Notes under the pieces: generated by a model
Databases searched by the model: none
Seen by the model: the letters and a program-made list of their open reading frames with translations, nothing else
Told to the model about the DNA's origin: nothing
Origin: Octopus vulgaris
Lineage: Eukaryota
NCBI GenBank assembly: GCA_951406725.2
Contig: OX597824.1
Location: 34,100,001-34,164,000 of the forward strand
DNA: 64,000 nucleotides
Reading direction: 5' to 3'
Made by a program: the position numbers and the translations under genes
Shown: in pieces, positions 37,801-51,065 of the stretch
Layout of the letters: each line of letters opens with the position of its first letter
How positions within the stretch are numbered: the stretch's first letter is position 1

Positions 37801-37887
37801 TTGTATCAAATCCTGAAGAATTTTATGTATGAGAGATCTACAATTTGCAAATATATGGAATTATGTTATCAATAATGAGAGGAAATA

Positions 37888-38212
37888 TTATGAGGGTAAG
37901 TCATTAAAAGTAATGCCATTTTGTTTAGGACAGGTATATTTACCAACACAGGAACATGTATCATACATCAAAAGGAAGCTGGTCCTCTGTGGATCACATC
38001 CCTACTTCTCAACATAGTCACCATTTCTCTCAATAGCAATGTTCTACCTTCGAATGAGAGCATGTATCCCTGCCCTGTAAAATTCTGTTGACTGTTCTTT
38101 GAGCCACTTCTTCACTACAGTTTTCATTTCCTCATCACTAGAATAATGTTTGCCTCTCAAACCCTCTTTCATGGGGCTGAAGAGATGATAGTCTGAAGGC
38201 GCTAAATCTGTA
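37888..38212 (-). mobile_element. Mariner 3' remnant
   Basis: DLAPSDYHLFSPMKEGLRGKHY...WLKEQSTEFYRAGIHALIRR (YSPDLAPSD motif), with a TA-TGAGGG terminus at 37888. Confidence 0.88.
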
Positions 38213-38230
38213 AATGCTATTTTTTCCGAT

Positions 38231-38302
38231 AGCCAGATAACTGAAGAGATGGCGGCGTGGATTTCCACCCCAACATCCGAAACTCAGAGTTTTATCATGG
38301 CT
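38231..38302 (+). ncRNA. Type I hammerhead ribozyme
   Basis: AGCCA-GAUAA-CUGAAGA-GAUG-(..GUGGA-UU-UCCAC..)-CAUC-C-GAAA-CUCAGAG-UU^-UUAUC-A-UGGCU. Stem I is 10 bp with a single bulge and stem III is near-palindromic (ACUC-A-GAGU). Confidence 0.75.
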
Positions 38303-39290
38303 ACAGAATAATTGTCTCATACTACATTTACAGATATATGTATGTATGTAAGTATTTATGCTTATATCTCAATATGGTATGATTTGTTTGACTAAAAACC
38401 TATGAAGGCAGCGTTCCAGCAAAATTGCAGTCCTATAACCAAAATAAGTAAAAGATAAAAGTTAAAGAGATAGTAGTTGGAATGAGAAAAATCATAAATT
38501 TGATATATTTGCTACAGTTCAATAATCGTAAGGAAAATTGGATTTTCCTTACAATTTGTAAAAACTTTTCAGTTGAAAAGTCTCTCCTGATATGATAATC
38601 CAAAATCTTCACACACAACAATAACTACCAACTCAAAGTACTTCAGTATTCACAAGATATTTTCCTCCCTTAATTCACTCCTTAACTCAAAGCCTGATCA
38701 TTTAGGGTACTCTACTTGTTTTGCCAAAACATTAATACTGTGTCCCATTTAAATATACCTTCATTTTGATCTACTTCATTATTTCCCAGTTATCATCTCT
38801 ATCTCTTATTATAAAAGGCAGATTTTATCTGCCTCCCTTTGTCAGTTATAGAAATCTACAATATAGGATTTCTTCAATTACAATTTACCTAGCATTTTTA
38901 AGAGTAGAATGCATCGGGTTTTGCCAGGTCCAGTTTTTAAAATTTAAACTCCAATTAAGCAAAATTTACAGAAAACTCACATTCTGGTGTGTATGTCAAA
39001 TGCTTTTCTTAGTCTGGTTTACAGCACACGCAAACGCACACACGCAAACGCACACACACAGTGTGCAACGAATAAAGTGAAACTAGATGTAATATTTGTT
39101 TCTGTCTATCACGCTGATAGATACATGAGTAAAATGTATGGCAAGCTAACAGATAAGAGTGAGTGAAAATGTTCTTGGAAGAGAGTAAATAGCGACAGAG
39201 TGATTTGAGGAAGACTAAACTGAAAGTATGAAACAGTGTTTATGTATAAACAGACAACACTTATATATAGTTATAAATGTATGCATCCGT

Positions 39291-39620
39291 TTAACCCTTT
39301 CATTACCAAACCGCCCGAATTTACCTATTCATATTTAAATGAGAATATCAGAGTAAATCTCTTTAGTACATTCGTGAAAACACGTATTATACTTCGTAAA
39401 CACTTCAAATACAGTTTTGTACAAAAATCGAAGTGTAATTTTAATTCCGTGAATTATGGGAGATTTTTTTCCGAAATTTGTTCCTATTGTGTTTTCAAAA
39501 TTTGTAATTCTGACAAAAAATGGATACGAATTTCATTATATCAAGCAACGAGTCAGAATTCGAAGGATTTTCTACTGAAGACCTTCATAAATCTAACTCT
39601 ATGACTGAAAAAAAAAAGCA
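39291..39620 (+). mobile_element. piggyBac-like 5' fragment
   Basis: TTAA|CCCTTTCATTACC terminus followed by the acidic N-terminal peptide MDTNFIISSNESEFEGFSTED. It is cut off by a Helitron. Confidence 0.55.
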
Positions 39621-39975
39621 TCTTTATATAAGAGTGAAGTTGTGTGTCTGTCTCCTACGATTTAGATTCGTAACTACTCCCACATTTTGCGGTGCAGTTT
39701 AACCAAAAGCGGGTATCTTATAGTCGTGATTCATATCGAGCCCTTCTGGGTATTAGCGCGCGTCTTTCCATTTTAATGCATTTTTTCGCTTTTATATAAG
39801 GGAAGTAACTCTCTAAAAATATCTACGATGTGTCAACGATTTAAAAAAAAAATTTACCTTAATTCTTTTTCAATTTTTAATGCATTTTTTTGCTATTTTT
39901 TGGCTATAACTCTCTAAAAATGCTTATATAGTTATTTCCCTTACAAACCCGAGCAACGCCGGGCGATACTGCTAG
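39621..39975 (+). mobile_element. Non-autonomous Helitron
   Basis: A|TCTTTATATAA start, hairpin CCCGAGC-AAC-GCCGGG and CTAG end. Confidence 0.75.
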
Positions 39976-40372
39976 TCTCTTATTATAATATATATATAAA
40001 CGGCAAAATGTCTGTGTGTGTGTCCTTTATACAAATCCACAATTTTTCAGTTAGAGGGCTCGCACTTTCTATGCTCATTCAAAATTGTCCAAGGGTGGTC
40101 GTGCACATTTTTACATTTCCCCAGTCACTTCGCAAACCCATTCAAAAATCTATAGAAGTGACTTTTTTGTGAATTTTCTATCCAAAACCCAATCAAAATG
40201 CCCGAAACTTGATACGCCAATTGAATGCCAGCTAGCTGTATGTGATTGGTCGGAGATTTGGACAGTACTCGCCTGTATGTGCGCACGCACACAGCTGTAT
40301 ATGCACACAGCTGTATATGCATGCACTAGCACACAGCTGTATATGCATGCACTAGCCAGGTCATAGTGCTAG
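39976..40372 (+). mobile_element. Non-autonomous Helitron (same family as 30564-30938)
   Basis: High similarity to 30564-30938 and ends GGTCATAGTGCTAG|T. The hairpin is partly deleted. Confidence 0.8.
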
Positions 40373-42379
40373 TAAAGTGCATTTCCCTATCATTTTAGTA
40401 TCTTTTCACCATCTGGAAGCCTGGCAGCAGAAATCTTATAGAGAATCAATAAGATTTCTGCTGCCAAACAAAATCCTCACACCTGAAAGATGATCTTCCT
40501 CATTATATTAATTTTTACTATCAACTGTGCTCTAATTTTTCCCTTGAACACAACTAATGCTAATAAGTTCTCACCTGAAAAAGTTTTTAGGATCACACTG
40601 TTCTCTTTTACTGTTTCTTTTTTATTTCTCATGGCACTGTTATAAAATTAGCCTTCCTTCATTTTAAGAATTATTATTCAGTCTATTTTTGTTAATAACT
40701 GTTGACCTCTTTTAATGACACAACTTCATAAACAATGTTATCATCAAGATAGTTTGATTCCTATAAAAGCCTAATGTACTTGAATTTACTCTTTCAAGAT
40801 TCTCTATTTGTAAACAAGTCATCTTCATATGGTCTGCTTCCTTACATTCTCTGTGCATTTCATTTCTATAGAAACAGTCACTAGTGTCCTGTCTCTTCTT
40901 TGCTCATTTTCAGTACTTATAGCAGTTATTGTTGTTGTTGTGTAGTGTAGGTCAGCTCTAATTCATCAGACCCATGATCTAATAGATTTACCCAGGAGAG
41001 TTAAACCAGTGTTGCTGTTAGCAAGTGTTGAATGTTTGATGAAAAAAGATGAGCAAAGAGAGATGCAGTTCTGAAGAAGAAGAGTAATAGCTATGATTGA
41101 CAGATATGGAAGGGTTGATTAAAACAGGAGTTAGGTAGAGCAATCTACAGCTAGTTTATTGTTTTTAAAGAATCATCAGCTGAGAGAAAAAGCACAGGTT
41201 TTGACAGTGAGGTCGTAATTGTAATATTTTAATGAGCTGGAGCCAAAAAATTTAAACAGATTGCTTTGATGTACTTATGAAATCAAAAACATTTGTCTGC
41301 TTGGAGACAGTGCATATGTAGTGGTGGGAGACGTTGGCTTAATGATGTGAGTCTAAGAAGGATTCATTGATTGTATGCGAAAGGAAAACGGTGGTAAATT
41401 GGACAACAAATATACTGACTTTGTCTGCATGACTGGGTCATCTGAGTCAAGGAACATGAGACAGAATGATTCTTCGAAGTTAGTTTCAATATTTTGCTAA
41501 TGATCAGAAAGCATAACTACAATCTTAAAGAAAGTGACCAAAGAAGTTTTTTTTTTTAAATCCCCCTTCTTTTGCTGAGGATATTCAATGGCAGATGGAC
41601 ACATCCAAATTGGTAATAATTTTTTTTCCGGGGGCTCAAGAACGCCTTTAATAATATTATTTTTATCGATTTATTTTATTTATTGCTTGTACAGCTGCAG
41701 TTCAGCTGTGTATAAACCACTTCAAAGATTACAGGATTAGATTTCAGTTGCATGGGAGATATCGAGAAATACACTTAGAATGAGTTTCCATGCCCCTCCT
41801 CCCATAATTTAATGTTTTAGAAACCTTGAAATATATATTTGCTGCAATCAGCAGCCCACACAGAATTGGTAGCAAACCCATTAATTAGCTAACTTACAAT
41901 AATCAGGGATCGTAAAGTAGAGAATATTGTGCAGTAGGATGGATGATGAAGAAGAGTGAACTTCAGTGACAGGGCAATCGTCTCTCACGAAAAAATTGAA
42001 ACATGTCAGGACCGAAATATTTTTAGTTAGTATGCTTCTAACACATAACTTAGAGGAATGCTACAGAATTAGCCAACATGCGTCATATAAGTGAAAATAA
42101 AATGTAACAGAAATAAATTTATACTTTCATAAATATTGATATAATTGTGTAAATCTTCCTCGAATTATAATCAAGAGATAATTATACGTGGATAAACTGT
42201 CACTTTTTGTATGCCATCTAATATGAATAAGAAAAGATCATAATTGCAATTTCACAGATAAAAAGTATATACTACGTTTTGTATATATTAAAGTAAATTA
42301 ATATTCCCTGTGGGGGAAGGAAAATATATTTTGGTATAGACTATTGTAAATTTAAGTGGGTAAATGCTAAAAGATTTGC

Positions 42380-42710
42380 CCGGAATCTCTTCTATAAAAT
42401 AACTTCGTTTCTTGTTGTTCTTCAGACAAGCCAGAAGACTTTGTCAAACTTTCCTCTTAATTGCGTTATTCCTCTCACTATCACCTACTTGCCTCTTTCC
42501 TTTCCTCCTCCTCCTACACGGCTTCCGAATCTCTGTCACGTGATCATCTCCGGTGAATTCTGCATAAATTAAATATGGCACATAGCATGGTGATGGATGG
42601 TTAAATCTGCTCGGGTATTTGAGCTTTAACCTTTGGGGATTAAAAAGCTCATTTCGCATCAACTTTTTGTTAAAGTTGTTTCATTTGCGGTGGGGGCCTT
42701 TTCTTAGAGA
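42380..42710 (+). promoter_or_regulatory. Probable BicD promoter/5' UTR region
   Basis: Repeat-free sequence upstream of the ATG with a pyrimidine tract (42492-42515), CTTCCG and E-box GTCACGTGAT (42535-42544). The TSS cannot be determined from sequence. Confidence 0.4.
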
Positions 42711-42968
42711 ATGTCTGAGACTGAAGCTAGTGATACTAGTTGCTGTCCTGCTCAACAGCCCCTCAATTTGTCCGCATTGAGCAAAGATGAGCTGAAGGGC
42801 GAAGTCGAGAGGCTACATGCCGAGCTTGCCGAAACGACCCAGCAGAAATTACAAGCAGCCCAGTACGGTCTCGATGTCTTAGAAGAAAAACAGAGTTTAC
42901 AGCATCAATACGAAGATTTAGAATCTCTTTATGATGCCACTAAAAACGAGTTGGAGTGTGCTAAGGCA
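42711..42968 (+). CDS. BicD: Bicaudal D, coding exon 1 (86 codons)
   Basis: ELKGEVERLHAELAETTQQKLQAAQYGLDVLEEKQSL contains the CC1 box AAxYG of BicD dynein adaptors. A phase-0 donor GTATGT is at 42969. Confidence 0.93.
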
Positions 42969-45900
42969 GTATGTATTTCTTTTACGAATTTTCGTAATTT
43001 CTCTTCAATGTTAACAATACTTAATTGCTATATCATTATTTCAATTGTTTTCGTCTGTTCATAGAAATTTTGCTACGGCTTCCCAGTATTAGTTATTTTT
43101 AGTAGCTACTACTATGCGTACTTGTTACAGCTGTAAAAAAAATATACAGCAAGATAGAAACAGATACTAATTAAAATAACGAAGAACCTGCCATTACAAT
43201 AGATTAACAATATATTTTACTATAACTCAAACCTTTAATATTCTTGTCCCATTATTAATAGTTATCCTTCACTCCTTTCGGAGGGACTCATTTAATGTAG
43301 CTGTGCTTAAATGTTTATTTCTGTTTTTATATTTTTAACACATCTCATTAAATAATTAGCAATCAATCTATGTAACAAACATTTGAGTTAATTTGAAAGT
43401 GATATAAATTTGATAATTTAACACGTGCGTTTATATGAATAAGTAAAGAAAAAAATCTACCCCGTTAAAATATGTGGGGGTGGAACCCCTCCTAAATTCA
43501 TTTCATAATATCCAATATAGTGCCTTGTTTTTTTAGGGGTGTTTTTTTTAATATTAGAACTGGGGAGTCGGTTATATGAGTTAGCAACGAGGGTACTTGA
43601 TTCATATACCGAATATTTAATTAATATTATTTGTATACGTTATTTTGATTAAGGAAAAATAATTAAATCAGATTTTTTCTTTTTACGGTATTAGTACCAG
43701 CAGACACCAGCCTGATGAGTAACTATTCTAACTTTATTTCGGTGCCAGACCATCAAGGCCTGACGTGTCCATAGTAGGCGTGTAGTTAAATAATGACTAT
43801 GGTAAAAATAAAAATGGTTCCTCTAAACTTGTGTAGCTAATCTTTTAGAGAGAACGTTTTGTAGTGCTGATTTTTATTTTAGTTCCTGGGCCCGATACAG
43901 GTACATATTAAAAGTATTCTATTTTTATCCTCTTCTGTGGGGTGCGGTCGTCTATATCGGACACTCATCAGTACATTATATATACATATATGTATATATG
44001 TGCGTGTGTGTCTGTTTTCATAAGAATTATTTCTTCTAGTTACATCTCAGTTGTTCTAATTTTTCGTCATAGCTTCTTTTTGCTACTTAATATTATTCGT
44101 CAGCTTTTATTTTTGTGCTTTTGGAGATGCCCTATTTTTACTTCGTCTAATTTCTTTCTCATTTGAGAAATTTTTCAAGACCTAATTTAATACTGTAAAA
44201 AAATAACGGGTTCAAATGATCTCAATTCCTTAACTGTATTTGTTGTTATATATAAACTTTGGTGTAAGTTCTGTCGATTCTTTTCTAAACTTCATCATTG
44301 TATTTCTCTAATCATGGTGTCTTTAATATTACTCAACGGAAAGTGGGCCGGTAGAGTAATAGTATATATATTTAGATAACTTCGTATAAAGCTGGTTGCA
44401 CTAAGAATTATTCACTGCTTGCTACAGTACTATAAAGAGAGGTTATTTTCATCTCTCAAGTCTATAATTAAAAACGAAATGTTGCGATTTGTACCTGCAT
44501 GCTTGACACATGCAAACAGACTTTCATTACTGTCGAATGTCACTCACTTTTTTTGGTGATGCAAGAACAATTGACTTTAGCTTAACATTTTTACTGTGCG
44601 TGTGTATTTAACTGTCCATCGGTAATTATATTATTTGCGGACATCTTGAATGTTTTCCCCTAAAATTAAATGTTGATATCAAATGTCAGAATATCGGATA
44701 TGAAATGTCCGTAAGGTGTATAGCATCTTATTTATTTCAGTGTAAATAGATATGAGAATGATGTTTGTTTTTAAGACATTTTCCTTGTCAAACAAACAAC
44801 TGTATTCTTTGAAGTTTCTGCTGATGAATAGAACATTTTCATTTGCTAAATATTTTTTAATACTAAAGATTATAATTTAAAGGTCTTTGAATGTAAAACC
44901 ATATGACAAATGTTATTTTTTTTGTTTTTCTTTAAATAACTGTTTTCATTTCCTTTTAAAATGACAGCCACTGATAGAAATAGGACTAGTGTTTTCCCTC
45001 TGTCCCCTCCCTCCTCACGAAGAATTCTCATACTACTCTCTTAACCGAGATTCTTACTAATGCTTTGAACTACTGAGAAGTAGAACTGATTTAATATTTG
45101 ACGGTTCAAATACCCAAATCCCTTAGCTCTAAATATTCTGTAAACTAATTATTAAAATATTCTCTTGCTGCCATTTTCTATTAATGACAATCTATATAAG
45201 GTGTGGGTGCACCTTTAAGGTATGTGCCACTCGCCTTCAAATTGAAAACCCACGTTGATGACACTATTGAGATCTTTCAGGAATCGAAAAAAGAATAATT
45301 TGGGGAAATGGCTTTTCTAGGAGTATAAAAAGGCCTTTTTTTTTTAAATGTCATCTGAAATAGAAAATTGCACAATTGAAAAATAAATTAATATTAGGTG
45401 CCTAAAATATATTTAATCTGAAATTAACTAAAAGAAGCGATTCCTTTTTCCTGAGGTCTCAACCTTATCTGACAGGTATCTCCATTTTAATCACTGATTT
45501 AGACAAAATTGAAATAATGTATAGTTCTATTGTCAGCCATTCAAACGTTCTGTGTTTATTACATAGGTGTGTAAATAGAATGTGCCTCGCTTTCCGAAAG
45601 ACATTTGCAACTTCAAAATTGTATTATTCTCACACTGTAAAAACAGTTTCTCATATTGGTACAAACCCACACTTTTGTAGAGGTACAGTATAGTTCATAG
45701 AATTATCCCGACATATTTATTTTGCCAATATACAGCTATCAGTCTCTGCACCCGTCGAAGTGTCCGAGCACTGTTTTAATCAAATTCTCACATTTCATAC
45801 CTAATTTTTACTATATCAGTCCCCTACTAAAACGAGACCTTGAAAGTAAATTTAGTTTGATATTAATAGCAATTAAAAATCAACAGCAGTGTTGTTTATG

Positions 45901-47093
45901 TTGACATATTTTAATTAAAAATAAAATTTGGATTTCTGGAAAGATATGACAGCTGTTTTAAATATGAACCATTTATGTTTATACATATTTTATTTGCATT
46001 CTTTTTTAGCTTGTAATTATTCATTGTTTGCTTTGTGACCCATTCTCTTCATTACTGGTGGAACTAGTTAGACCTGAATAAGTCGCTTTTTTCTTTTTAT
46101 GTCAGTGTCCAGAATTTTTAACTCTATTTCTTTTTTAATTTTGCAACTATTAGTGTGGGGAAAAGTCGTTATTTTCAAACCTGGCGTAATTTTCAGCTAA
46201 TTAGTAATAAATTTATTTCAATTTTAAGATTATGAAATAAAACCTTAAAAAAAAAAGTAAACTAAAAGTACTGAAAAGTTTCAGAATATTTAGGTATTAT
46301 TAAAAATGACATGGGTTCAAATTTTCTTGAAGAACCATTTAAAACGTTTTAGAAAGTTAATATTCCTTGCAAACAGAATCAACCTTTAAATTGCCTTGAC
46401 CAGCATTTTCAGACATAACTCTCTCTGAGATGCAGCGTTGAGTATATCCATGAAAAAAAAAAATCACTAATTTTATCTGGTCCCTAAATTATTAAATTCT
46501 TGGCGTAAGAAAACCATTTGGTTTCGTTTTTGATGTCAGAGCAACTTTGTCCAGTATGTGATTGCCATCAGCTGAGACTTTTAGCTTCTAGTTAAAGGTT
46601 CACTTTGACCTGAATATTTTAGAATTTGAAATTATAGACCTTAAATGCTTTCTTCATTTTGGCAAATGGTTGTGTTGTCAAACTGTATTTATCTGAATAA
46701 AGCTGTTCTTGTATGTGATTCTTTGTTTAAAAGCTTTATTTCATTGAATAACCAAGCTCTGACATTAAACTGGTATCTACCTTAATGCAGGTGTAGCATA
46801 TAATGAAATCTCAGTTTGAATTATTCAATTCGTTTAATTCTTTTCATTATTTGGTCAATAATTCAAAGCTTCATGGATTTGATTCTCTATTTTGTTTCTA
46901 TCAGTTTCTATCATTCATCTGCAATGAGCCAGTATATTCTGTTAACCTTGAAAAATTGCTATTGTATTATTTCCTGCTTAAGATATAAATTCTGTTGTTG
47001 CAGTCCACTTTTTTTTTCAACATACCAAACTGGAACCTCATTCATTGCACATTTTATTGATGTTTGTATTTGTCTGCACATCAAAGAAGACAT

Positions 47094-47699
47094 CTTCTAA
47101 ATGTCTGATCATTCAAGATGCCTTCTAAATGTCTGATCATTCAAGATGCCTTCTAAATGTCTGATCATTCAAGATGCCTTCTAAATGTCTGATCATTCAA
47201 GATGCCTTCTAAGTGTCTGATCATTCAAGATGCCTTCTAAGTGTCTGATCATTCAAGATGCCTTCTAAGTGTCTGATCATTCAAGATGCCTTCTAAGTGT
47301 CTGATCATTCAAGATGCCTTCTAAGTGTCTGATCATTCAAGATGCCTTCTAAGTGTCTGATCATTCAAGATGCCTTCTAAGTGTCTGATCATTCAAGATG
47401 CCTTCTAAGTGTCTGATCATTCAAGATGCCTTCTAAGTGTCTGATCATTCAAGATGCCTTCTAAATGTCTGATCATTCAAGATGCCTTCTAAATGTCTGA
47501 TCATTCAAGATGCCTTCTAAATGTCTGATCATTCAAGATGCCTTCTAAATGTCTGATCATTCAAGATGCCTTCTAAATGTCTGATCATTCAAGATGCCTT
47601 CTAAATGTCTGATCATTCAAGATGCCTTCTAAATGTCTGATCATTCAAGATGCCTTCTAAATGTCTGATCATTCAAGATGCCTTCTAAATGTCTGATCA
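47094..47699. repeat. 28-bp minisatellite, ~22 units, in BicD intron 1
   Basis: Unit TTCTAA(A/G)TGTCTGATCATTCAAGATGCC, head-to-tail with no spacers. Confidence 0.97.
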
Positions 47700-50600
47700 A
47701 TCCAAAGCAGGTTATTCAAATATGCACTAACTTTTTAAACAGTAGACATCATCAAAGTGAATATCTTAAGGCATTTTTCAGTGAAATTATAAATCTGTTA
47801 TTGGTGTTATGAAGGGCATCCAGCCATAAAAACGATGTCAAAACACGGAAGCATGGCACAGGCTCCTGCTCAGCCAGCTCCTATCAAACCGTTAAAACCC
47901 ATGCCAGCCTGGAAGGAGGATGTTAAACAATAACAATAAGCATGATCTATATACAGGTCGCCATCCTTTGTTTAGGCCATGTGTGCACTGTACAAATTTT
48001 GGTTTTATTCCAACATGTCAGGTATCTGGTATATTGTTTACATTCTGTAACTTCTAATACCAATCAGTTCCCTATGACACCTTATATTTGACTGACTTAT
48101 TTTTTCAATGACTTAAATGAATTTTCTAATTTTTAAAAATCCCTCTTGATATACCAAGTAAACTGTTTATTACATTGTCTACATGACTGTGTTATCCAAA
48201 ACAACATTCATAAATTCCAGTTGTGAGAATGCACCAACATGATATTTGAGATCACTTTATATAATATATTTCATAATCAAATGACATAAGGCTCATTTTA
48301 AAATATATACAAATGTTACTTTCAGTAAAACAATTTTTGTATTAAAAATCCTAATGGTCTAAGTTCTGAGATCAGTTTCCAACCAAGCAGAAAGTATATT
48401 TTTCAAGTATCTTGTTTCCTTTAAGGTTAATTCTTTTAGAAAATATAATACAAGATGGTTTTTTTTGTAAAACTATTCTTCATTAGTATTTTTTTTTATA
48501 ACCTCATAAATCTTAATTGGTGACTTTTAAACTAATCCGATTTATTCCCCAACCTCTTTTTTTAAACTCCCTGTGCAACTGATACATTTGAGACCTGTAG
48601 CAACATGTAATCTACTGATCAATATATTTTCCAATTGTGATTGCCAAGGCCAGGAAAACAGTCTTAGCTACTAAATGAACTGGTGATATACTCTTTGTCT
48701 ACCCCAACCCACCCCAAGTCAATTCATTAGTCTTTAGCACACTTAGTTTGATTCCCATTTTTGATAATTCCAAATTTTTTAAGGATTTTCATTTACTTTC
48801 AACAATTATAGTGCCAATACATATATCAATGTCATTTCCAACATGTACAGTTGCTCTTTGAAACCCAGTGTGGAAGACATAACCACCTTAACAAACCCAT
48901 TGATGTATTTATTGTAACTCCAACACATTTCTATCTGATGATGTGACAGCCTTAAATCTAATTTAGTAAAATTATACATATCTGAAAGAGCTCAAAGGAG
49001 AGAGCTATTTATTCCTGACAAAAACCTTTTCTAAACGACATTAGTATCCTTAACTCCATTTAACTGTTTCAAATTCATAAAAATGAGCTGCCTTGTGTAA
49101 TTTATGAGAATACCTTTGAATCCAGATTTTTATGTTGTGATAAGTCTAATGCTTTCAACAAGAAGCAATACCTTTTGATGAGTAGCTAATGACATTATCA
49201 CAGATCTTATGCTGATAAAATATTTCCATTTCAAGTTTTGCCATTACCAAAATTATCTGTGTGGTCATAATTCCTGATATTGATATAAACAGATGTTCTA
49301 TGTTTTTACTATTGATGTCCAAAGTTTCATATTGCTGTAGCAAAGTATCATCAGTTTGTATTATATTGGTCATCAAGTGAGTGTGTTTACATTAAGCACC
49401 ATTATTAATTGTCATATTGTATTTATCCCAACCATAGTTGCTGCACACGGTTCTTTACATTCAAAAGCTTTACCCAGCTGCATAGCCAAACTCAGTCTTA
49501 ATCAGCATGTAAAATACATGCAGTGCTAAGGGGTCTTGTCTTGCAAACTACTTGGTTACCTCACTGGTGACAGTGACATGAAAAAGTACTTAGTACAGTA
49601 CTCAGTACACTGTAAAGTGTTTAGTGTTAGGAGGGGCGTCCAACTAGTTACAGAAACTGAAATCTGCGATTGGAACTTGACACAGTCTTCTGATCTATTG
49701 AATCTTGTCAAACCTTCCAACCCATACCAAGCATGGAATATGGACACTCAAAGATGATCACAATTTGGAAACATTTAAAGTAGAAAAAGCAATGTTAAGA
49801 TTGCAATGTTGCATGCAGTTCCTTTCTAATGTAAATAGTTTTCAATGTTTCATTTTCTTAAGGTAATGAGCTGGCAGAACCATTAGCATGCTGAGCAAAA
49901 TACTTAGTGGCATTTCATCCATCTTTACATTCTGCATTCAAATTCTGTCAAGGTTGACTTCGCCTTTCATCCTTTCAGGATCGATTAAATAATAATTTGA
50001 AAACTGGGGTCGATGTAATCAATTTACCCCTCTCCTGAAACTACTGGCCTTGTGCCAAAGCATAAAACCAATATATTTAATCTTTTTGTCTATGGATAAC
50101 AATAACCACTAGCAGTTGAGTTAAACATCTAAATAGTCATCACTATTTTGATCTGTCCCATTTTCAGTTAACTAATTTTGGACACTTCATGAATTTTATA
50201 TTGTTTCATGGAATATATCTACTGGTTTTAGCCGACACTACGTATAAACCTTTGTTTTGTTTTCATGGAAGAAAAAGTATCAGCTGAACTTCAGTCCTCC
50301 ATTGAGATTTCATAAGCAACCACATATTCACTGTGACTCTATGAAGGCACAACTTATAAATCCAATATACATAAGAGCTTAAATAAATTGCTTTGCTTGT
50401 AAAATGCTAAAGTAGAGTAAAGCATCAAAAGAAAATGTTAGCACATAAATAATATTAATTGAACTGACTTAGTTGCTGATGTAGTCATAATTTAACATCA
50501 ATTCTCCATGCTGGCATGGGTTGGATGGTTTGCCAAGAGCTGGTACAAGCTAGAGGGCTGTGCCAAGTTCTATTATCTGTTTTGGTATGGTTTCTCTGGC

Positions 50601-51065
50601 TGGATGCTCTTCTAACACAACCACTTTACAATGTGTATTGAATGAATATTTTTGTGGCACCAACAGTGTCACTAAGTAATGGCCCCTCAACTGGGAAGAG
50701 TTGTATTGAGGGAGTGGCTTTGTACCAGTTGATGAGGTAAAAACAATAAGTGAGATAGATGGGTTTCTTGCTGTAGAGATACAGTTGAATAAGGGAGATG
50801 GAGATAGAGGAGTTGTGTATATGTATTAGTATATCCCCTCAAAGTACAGTGGTAAAGGATTGGACTGGTGATGGAGATAGGAGAAAATTATGTAAATAGA
50901 GTTATTGTTAGATGTAAGGGCATTGGGCCCAACACAAATCAGATATTAAAATTGTCACCTTTGATTGTGTTTCAGGAACATTTGTTAATTTTAAACTTTG
51001 AACTGTTAATTCCCATTTTTATATACAAAATGACTTTCATTTAACTTTTTGTTTTTTCTTTTTAG

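Noticed and set aside
42969-43064. C-terminal part of the 117-aa ORF
   Set aside because: Read-through into intron 1 past the GTATGT donor. BicD similarity resumes at 51066.
43712-43760. CTGATGAG in BicD intron as a hammerhead
   Set aside because: No stem II or GAAA follows at a compatible distance.
47094-47699. CRISPR-like array
   Set aside because: The repeats are contiguous with no unique spacers, there are no cas genes, and the context is a eukaryotic intron.
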